Positions 55,780 through 64,000 of a stretch of 64,000 nucleotides of DNA are shown in pieces. Positions within the stretch are counted from its first letter, which is position 1. Each line of letters begins with the position of its first letter. The notes under the pieces are model-generated. The model was not told the origin of the DNA. It was given only the letters and a program-made list of their open reading frames with translations, and searched no databases. Both the position numbers and the translations under genes were made by a program. This DNA is from Tubiluchus corallicola (lineage: Eukaryota > Animalia > Priapulida), in assembly GCA_030141605.1 (NCBI GenBank), contig JAQGDQ010000075.1:620001-684000 (forward strand). Reading direction: 5' to 3'.

Positions 55780-56500
55780 GTGTATACTTAGCGACAGAAG
55801 TTAAGCAACGCCCGACCTGGTTAATGTTGGATAAGCCAAAAAAAACTGCATATTGGCGATTATCATCTGCCATATTGCTGCTCCGGCAATTTATATCGTT
55901 ACATCCAAACATGGCGAAGATACGTTTGCCTAACGTATAATCATCTCAGAGGATTAATCTTGCTGATGAAATGGATTGCTGTCCTAACACTACTGTCAAA
56001 ATAACATGTAGGCCTTGTCGCATATTCCAGGGCGTGCAACTGCCAAATAAAAGTGGCTAGAAAATCACGCCTATTTATACAACTATATGGTAATCATTAT
56101 AAAACATATAGTTGTCATTAATAATATTCAAGAATATGAACTTATCGATGTCTCACAAATCAAAAATTGCGGAAATATTTAAAATATCTGAATCTATACC
56201 GCTCTGTCTCTATGAATTACAATATTATTTGAGCCGAGTGGTTAGTGTATACGGCGTGTATTTGGCGGTCGAAATCAAGCAATGGCGAGGCTAGCTAGTG
56301 AACGGATGGGTGGTCAGCGGGTTTAATTCTCGCTCTGGACGGTTTCATTTGTCGCTGATTCTAGTTATCTACCTCGTTTTGGAAGGATGTAGTCAGTGTC
56401 TCAACTTATATGATTAGTTTTGATAATGGGCAGGGCTCTGGTCTTACCACATTAAGTGGCTTCTGGGGTGGCGTGTGCCAAATTGCCTCAACGTTGCTAT
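55780..56500 (+). mobile_element. Two adjacent 5S-derived SINE-like copies (about 55780-55990 and 56250-56500)
   Basis: GAAGTTAAGCAACGCCCGACCTGGTTAATGTTGGAT and CGAAATCAAGCAATGGCGAGGCTAGCTAGTGAACGGATGGGTGGTC resemble the 5S rRNA internal control region. Confidence 0.45.
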
Positions 56501-57059
56501 ACAAAACATACATCTAACTTCACCTTTACGGTTAAGTTGCTAATTTTTAAATGCAACATTAAAAATTTTACACGTGCAAATTATGTCTGTAAGTTTTCCA
56601 TAATTGACTTCCATCCCATTTCATTAGTCAGAACCTTTGAGCATTATATGCAAATTGTCCCCAAGTACTTATCCATAACTTAAGATTAGTAACTGTTGAA
56701 CATCAGTACTACGTATATTCAGCGCTGAAATGACCCAAAAAGTTTATTGTTTAATGTTTATTCAACAGTCATACAGTGATATCAGACTACCATCTTTCAG
56801 TGCAGTAAATGATGCTGAATCGTAGAAAATAGTACAACGATTTAATGATTTTATTTAGCACAATAGCCAGTAACAACAATACATGCCAAGACTCCTAGTA
56901 GAAGTTTGTATTAGAAACTTCGCATCAGTAAAACGCGCCTTGATAGATGCTATCAAGCCAAAGAACAAGTATTTATGGCTTCCATTAAGTTTAATTCACT
57001 TCAATATTTCCAAGGGCTGATAATCATTCAATAGTCGCATAACTGTACCAACTAGATTG

Positions 57060-57250
57060 TATGTCGTTTCGCCAGGCCACAATTTGCCAGTCTGTCTTTT
57101 CGTCAGGGAATCATTTCGCCAGTCTATCTTTTCGCTACTCTGCCTTTTCGCCAGTGCTTCGTTTCGCCAGTCTATCTTCTCACCAGTCCATCTTTTCGCC
57201 AGCCGATCTTTTCGCTAGTGCGTTGTTTCGCCAATCTATCTTTTCGCCAT
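57060..57250. repeat. About 16-bp degenerate tandem repeat (TTTCGCCAGTCTATCT)
   Basis: Around a dozen TTTCGCCA-anchored units. Confidence 0.8.
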
Positions 57251-57601
57251 TGATATTGGAATTAGTGCAATACGTAGGAATGTTCATTATACTGCCAATG
57301 GTAATTTTTTTTAATGGTAACTAAGGTACACGTCTATGTAACAAAAACGTCTAAGTTACTGAATCTAAGAGCATTGCGCGAAGTGGTGATAGAATCAATC
57401 AATCTCTATCCAATGCTGTACAACACAGCCGCAACTGCTACAAGGTTGCATGTCGGTACCATAGTTATACTTAAATAGCAGGTATGGGCATTTTTTCCTT
57501 AAAACGCTCTGAGAACAGAAGCTATAAGTCGTCCAAAGATGCCCATATATCATCCGATTTGCCGCAAAACCTAAAATCAGATGGCTTCACCTCAAATTTA
57601 C

Positions 57602-58695
57602 GAATTGAGCTTCGTTTTGCCACAAAATGGCGATAAGTAAGATGCTATAAACCGAAAATGTTCACATTCAGAATCTGGTAAAATCTTTGGTCTATGGTGC
57701 TTAGTTCCCGAGGTACAGATTTTTTTGTAATAACTCAATAACTACTCGACCAAATGTGGCGTGCTTCTAATCAGGGTATACGGCCATTCTAGCTTGAAGT
57801 TTCGGGTCGTGACCCTTTGCCCTGCTTGAGCCATGACCTAAAAATCGTCAAAATAGTGTACTACTTGAGAAGCCATTACTCCCACAAGAAGCACCGCCTA
57901 TCCAAACGAGAAAAAAACAAGCACCGTGCATTGGCTACGTGTAGCCGGCGTAGTTTCTGCCCAGACGCCCTTTCTGAATGGCGCCACGAGATTTGTAAGA
58001 CTTTTTCTGGGGAGATGCTACAAAATCTTATTTTTAAAATGCAATTACACACACAAAAAGCGCCCTCTAGCGAACCAAAAAAAAAAACAAGTGAAGTATT
58101 GTGTGCTACATTGTTAGATAGACGGACTATCGCCACCTGTCTTGAGTAACATATTGTGTATAATCGTGGTAAATTCCAGCAAAAATTATGACCTCGAGGT
58201 TCTAATGGCTTCTCGACTTAGTAAGCCAAGGACGTCTCTATCTCGAGTGTTAGCCACTTTCTTCCATAAGGCTTTCTTCAAGACATATGGATTGCCAAAC
58301 TAGGCATTTCGACACCTTCACCGATGGCAGCAGTTTAGGGTTCGACAAAATGGAGAAGTGTATCTATAGCCAAGACAGAGTTGCTTTTTTGTTTGTGACA
58401 CTTCTTGTAGGTATCATGGCTTCTCAGTGGACATATTTTGACGATTTTTGCGTCATAATTCAGGTTCAAAGGTTCACGACCTGAAACTTTAAGCTAAAGT
58501 GGCCATGTATCCTGGCTACAAGCACGCCAAATTTGTTCGAGTAGCCCTACCTATTTTTGGGTTATTCCAAAAAGATCCGTATTTCGCAAACTAAGCATCA
58601 AAGGGGCAAAAATTTTAACAGATTCTGAAAGTGCACATTCTCGGTATCTAACATCTTACTTATAGCCATTTCGTGGAAAAACGAAACTCAACTCC
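57602..58695. mobile_element. Foldback / long-TIR non-autonomous DNA element
   Basis: About 340-bp diverged inverted arms (57602-57940 vs 58360-58695), e.g. AAATGGCGATAAGTAAGATG vs CATCTTACTTATAGCCATTT, and AAAAATCGTCAAAATA vs TATTTTGACGATTTTT. Confidence 0.8.
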
Positions 58696-58949
58696 AACTT
58701 TCAGATAGAGCATCATTGTATATTTAAATGCGCATATGTGGATTCCACTTTTTAATCTCATAAGATAAATTTCTAAGAGCTGCTATCTTATATACAAAAG
58801 TTTTGTCCTAAAACAACCGGTAATTAGAATCGTAGGGCTAGGTAAGTTTTACAAGGTTCGTTTTATACTAGTAAACTGATTTTTTCTGTATATTCTGCAC
58901 TATTAAGTTATACAAACAAGTTAGACTCGAACTGTTCTACGAAGGACTC

Positions 58950-59205
58950 GTTAAACTCAAGATCGTGGATTAGAAATGATGTCAATGCCGACTTCTTGAA
59001 TTTAAGATGGTAACTCATCCGACTCTGTTAATCGGGGCAGAATTCGTTGTAGCATATTCCTGTAGGGCTTCATGACGATCCATTGCAAATTGGCAGCATC
59101 TTGGGCGTTTTTCGAAAATGATCCTTTTCAAAAAGGTCATCCCCAATAACAATAACAACAACATCCAGAAGAGTAGCGATTTGGGCCGAGTCTCTCGACG
59201 AAAAT
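58950..59205 (+). mobile_element. Dispersed repeat, Helentron/DINE-like, copy 3
   Basis: See copies 1 and 2; ends with an (AAC)n tract, a short hairpin-like CGAGTCTCTCG and an A-run. Confidence 0.6.
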
Positions 59206-59589
59206 CCCTGAGTCAAAGATTAAATAACTTTTTAGTTTTAATGGCTTAACTTGATTTTGCTGTAAGTTTTCTATCAAATTTAACTACTAACGTTCTTGTA
59301 AATAATTGCTTTCTGTTCAAATTATTACCAATAAAAGGCATTATAACTGCTTCGTGCAAAGTTCTTGCTTTTCTTGCTATTCAAAAGTTGTTAATCTTTG
59401 TTTTCTGACGATCGTGCACTCAATTGTTAATCTCACTGGACTCATTAATAAGTGGGTAGAAGACGTTGGAGGTGGGCAATTTTACCTGCCATATTGTTCT
59501 CTTGATTCTCACGACTGTGGGTTGGGGGTGTATGCGCATGCTGCACCTGTTTGATACCTCTGCTGCACCTGTTTTATCCACTAAAAGAT

Positions 59590-60500
59590 TATAATTTGTA
59601 AATAACCCCAGTGTTTATCTGCAGTTCATCAACAGTTTACCAGACTGTATTCTTCTTGCTATGAATGCTGATACTATGAATTCTGCAATCCCAGATAGGT
59701 TTGCCCATCCATACGTTGATACAATGAAGGCAAACAATATTATAATTAGTGCAGAAGTCCACGGCAGAAAATCGCCATAATGTAGAAGTAAGCCATCGCG
59801 AATTCAATACAAACTAGTGAAGAGAAAAGATCAGCAGGAAGCCAAGGAAATCCATTATTGAATGTGCAGATACATCCTGGTGTAACATCCCTCAAACTTT
59901 ATCTGAAAACTTGGAAAAACTTCAAAAACGTGCCGCTTACATCTGTTCCAAAGCTATGAAACACACAAACTCTGATAACCTATTGTTCAAAGTTGGCTTC
60001 GACCTCTTGTGTAACAGACGTACATTTCATAGATTGAGCACTTTCATAAAACTGTAAATCATGTTTCATCTCCCTTGTTATTTGAGTTGCTACCTCCGAT
60101 CAATAGAGGTGCATCTGCATATTTATTGAGAAACCGTGACAATTTATTTTTATATCAAGTTCGCTGTAATTAATTCCGCTCATTCTTCTTCCCTGCAATC
60201 GTGTTTGACTGGAATAATTTACTCTTATATTTAAAGTCAATTCCTACCACCAGTGGGTTTTCAAATTTCAGTTTTTTTTCAAGAGACCAACTTATTATTC
60301 GCATGGTTCTAGACTACACAGCATTCAACCATACACGTCTGAGGGTGGGATGAGCACGAACATTTTTTCAAAGTTAGCTACCATAAAATCTAGCTTTGTG
60401 GGCCTGCTCGTTTGCACCATAATTCCCAGGCAATTCACTACCACAATTAGACCTATGCTCCCTATAGACAAACGCTTAATTATTAGATCATATTACAGAC
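59590..60500 (+). mobile_element. CR1/L2-type LINE ORF2 remnant
   Basis: Fragments FINSLPDCI...ADT (INDLP...FADDT), LEKLQKRAA, RRTFHRL, SFFFPAIVFDWNNL, HTRLRVG in the expected order, with frameshifts. Confidence 0.6.
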
Positions 60501-60791
60501 ATTTACTCTCGAATTCGCGTGCTTTACCGATAATTTGTATGACAAATACGGTCCTTTGACAAAGTGATTGAAAGATCGATTGCGTCTGTCAAGAGGCGGA
60601 CGCATATGCTCGATAAACTACATTCGCTATACCACTGCTGTTGTTCAGCTGTAGACTTTGAAAAACCCCACAGGTCGTGTGTCGGTGCATTTAAGAAATA
60701 ACTCAAGCCACTTAATATCATAGCTGAAAAAATACCTGCCACATTCATAATAATGGTGGTGTCATTAAGTTCGCTAATACCACTTAGTAAT

Positions 60792-61034
60792 GAAATTTCA
60801 CACTGAGACCACCTTAATAACAATATTGTGGTAAAAAATTAGTAATTTGACAAAGTTAACTAGACCAAATATTTCATTATAACAAACCTCACTGGACCAA
60901 ATCATCCATTATTTGACATCTTAATCTGTAATGTTGCGTGGTGGTGTTTTTCACGTAACTGGTCTTGTCAATTTTGTTAAATTACTTATTCTTACTAAGA
61001 TGTGGTACTAAACGTGGTCTCAGTGTGAAATTTC
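60792..61034. mobile_element. MITE with a perfect 21-bp outer inverted repeat
   Basis: GAAATTTCACACTGAGACCAC (60792-60812) and GTGGTCTCAGTGTGAAATTTC (61014-61034); looser similarity extends inward about 60 bp. Confidence 0.75.
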
Positions 61035-61689
61035 GCTATAGCTACTTTTTACATGTTCCCGAAATTCTCTAACGAGTCTGTTAAATGATGATGTTTTGCT
61101 CTAAAAACAATAAAACAGTTACAAACCTACATCAATTATGACGTCGGTTAGCTTCTCAAGATCTTTTACAAGATATCATCATCATCGACCACCACCATCA
61201 TCATCATCATCATCAGGATGACAGATTTTATCATTCATTAAGTGATTGACAGGATGACTGACCGACTTTCTGATTAGCTAAATAAATAACTGAGTGACAG
61301 ATCGACTAACCGACTGATTGACTGACTAAGTAACTAAATGAAATAAAGCCTGACTCACCAAACCTGAGAAACAACCTAGCTAGTTATGTGAGGTATAACG
61401 TTTAGCATTTCTTAGATGATTTTCTAATCAATGGTTTCAACACAGGTAAAAACTACATAATTTATCCTGCTTGTAGCACTAAAACGTGCAGTGGTGATGA
61501 ACACAAGTCGAACAACAGTTTGTTCGCGACACCTAGTACATATATGCGCCAGACACCAATACCGAACACATGAAGACATGAAGACCTAGCATTCGCAGTA
61601 CATGTTCGAAATGTTTACATTATTTTTCATTATTTAACCCCTTACTTTTATAACTACTTTTATGGCATAATTATATTCACTGAAATTCA

Positions 61690-62040
61690 TCGTGTAACAA
61701 AGGCTTATTAGGTAACAAAGCAGCATGACATAACTGAAATGCTACATTGTGTAACATATTACGTCATTCGTCATTACGTAACGAATCTTGCGACATTACG
61801 TAACAATCATTATGTGGCAAAGTTTGCGCCACACGTAACAATCATTATGTAACAAAAATAATGCATGATTACATAGTACTTGATTTTTCTTACGTAGTGA
61901 TTGTTACGCAATGACGCAAAAATTGTGACGTGTTGATCGTTACATGGTGATGAATTTTGTGATTTGTTAAACAATCCCGTATTTCCTGATATATAATGCC
62001 GAATTTTTACATAATGAACCTTTTGTTACATAATAAACCG
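61690..62040. repeat. Degenerate CATTACGTAAC subrepeat array
   Basis: Repeated TTACGTAAC / GTTACATAA units in both orientations. Confidence 0.5.
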
Positions 62041-64000
62041 CTAGCACTCCTATTTCTGAAAAACAAAATCTCCTAATTTAGCATCAGACTTGATGTTTGA
62101 CTGGTTTACTCGATTCTTAGCCTCTAGTGCTTCTTATGCTTCAAGTTGCTACTCTTACTTCGTGTGTATTACGTACATGAACCGATCCAGTGATGTAATT
62201 CAGAGTGGAACTATTTGACAAGGGAAGACGCTTGATAGCCGTAAAACAATGGATGGAAATATCGTCTCTGTTGCTCAAGGCATATCCTGACATTTGGCGG
62301 CATATTAAAACGAGCCACTTAATAAAAGATTTCAGTCGTAAGAGCGTGGCTCACTCGACAATTGTCATGGTGAAGGTGCTCCAATATGAAAGGAAGTTGT
62401 GCGCATGAACTGAATAGTAATGACGCCGTGAGCATCAGTCCTTCGTTTTACAAGTTCACTAACGCTCATATTACTTTGATAGTGAGTTAGGTCCCAGTCT
62501 CACCACAATCATCCGATTTGAGTAGAACCTGCTGTTGAATGCCGCTTGCAGATTCCGAGTTGTAAAAAATTCGGATTTTTCTTTTGTAGTCCACTGACCG
62601 AAGGAAACACATATTCGAAGGAAGAGCAGTGTATTCAGGAAGATTCCTTTCGGGAACATGGTAATCGTAATCATTAAACACGAATTCAGATTCTATAGAG
62701 AATGTTCTACGATTTGTCGTAGGCGTTTACTGCATAGGAAGGTCTGCTGTTAACATTTGTTCGCTGTGCAGAAATAAATAAAGACAATGGCGCAGATTTG
62801 ATGATGATAATAAATGAAGACAATGATGAACAAAGTGGTTGTCTAAACCGGTAGTTGTGATGTGGTGACAGTGATGGTGAAAGTGACAAAGCTACTGAGA
62901 GAGGTCGTGGTGCTAGTGGCAGCAATGGTGATGGAAATTATCTAAGAATTGAGAGACTAATCTGCCCACATTGATTACTCAGCACAGATGTTTAAATATG
63001 CCGTATGAGAAATTTTTTATCCCAAAAATGGTTTACTATATTTTTTATTCTGCCCAAGAATTTTAAATGTTAATACAGCAGTTTTCTAAACAGTAAATGA
63101 CCAGAACAAATCATACAGCATTCTTGATAGTGATCTTGATTAGTGTTCAACAATTCCCAGCTTACCTCAAAAAGATTTTCCTGAATAATCTACACCGCTG
63201 CTTCCAAATGTGTGTTTCCTAAGGCTTTCTCCAGTAAACTTTCCTAAAAGTTGTTCCCAAAACTTCCCAAACTTTCTCAATAGATACCCTATCTGTAATA
63301 ACTGCAATCTGAATTATTACTAATATCATGTACTTACAAATGCTTACTCCCCAAATCTTGAAATATGTGTATCTTTGATTTTTTTAGTAGGTGATAATAA
63401 ATTAAGTTGCGTTATGTCAAAAATAGAAAAGTATGTTTTGACAATATCAATTTTACATGCAAGCAAATCAAAAGAGCTTTTTCTCTGAAACGGCAATATG
63501 TCCTGTACATGAGTAATAGCTGAACTACTTGGCCTAAGAATATTGTCTAATTTTTCATTTTTCTGCTTCATTTTCTTTGAAATATTTTTTTTATTGTTGC
63601 GTGTAGAAAATTCTTCTTCTCGTATATTACATGCTGATTATTCTTTAAATTGATTCAGACTCGGTAATTAAAGCTTTTTTCGGACCATTACCGTGCAGGC
63701 GTATTTGTAATAAAATTTGCATAATCGTTTTCCAAGTTCCAACTGAAAATGGTTCACAGACGGTTTGCGCTAATGTAAGCATCTTGTATTATCTTTTTCT
63801 CTTCATTTCTGCATGAATTTGCCAGTTAAGCAGATATATAGGATAGATACATAGATTACCTACAGAGCCTACACAGGCAAATAGAGAGGCAGGCGGGTAG
63901 GACATGTAAATGTACGTACGTGAATATGTACGTATGATTATAGAAACACAAATTATTTAATACGTAGCAATTATGTAATTAAGCAGGTACGTAAGTCTTT

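Noticed and set aside
55795-55835. 5S rRNA gene
   Set aside because: Only a degenerate internal-promoter fragment; no full ~120-nt gene or terminator.
51759-57450. Several hydrophobic - strand stretches (about 51870, 56900, 57450) as the AstC signal-peptide exon
   Set aside because: Each hits a stop codon or lacks a phase-0 donor; the exon may lie outside the window.

Overview
AT-rich animal (invertebrate) genomic DNA with intron-containing genes; most of the supplied ORF track is artefactual (microsatellites, exon read-through). Manual exon reconstruction gives five genes. (1) The 3' half of DNA ligase III (LIG3, + strand, 10 coding exons, 522-14453), with a minor-spliceosome (U12-type) intron inside its BRCT domain. 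(2) A complete 308-aa predicted secreted N-formylglutamate-amidohydrolase-like Zn hydrolase (+, 21122-26924). (3,4) Two paralogous 3-coding-exon genes (- strand) for an unrecognised secreted Gly/Tyr/His/Pro/Asn-rich protein with a duplicated LxRYHxxxGSPxNxxPGxHxxP motif; the hydrolase gene lies entirely within the 13-kb last intron of one copy. (5) The last two exons of an allatostatin-C/somatostatin-type neuropeptide precursor (-, 47210-48932) predicting [14 protein letters not shown]-amide; its signal-peptide exon was not located. The rest is LINE remnants, an LTR with a tRNA-Leu primer site, several MITEs, SINE-like and Helentron-like repeats and microsatellites. All family assignments come from recalled motifs; no database search was run.
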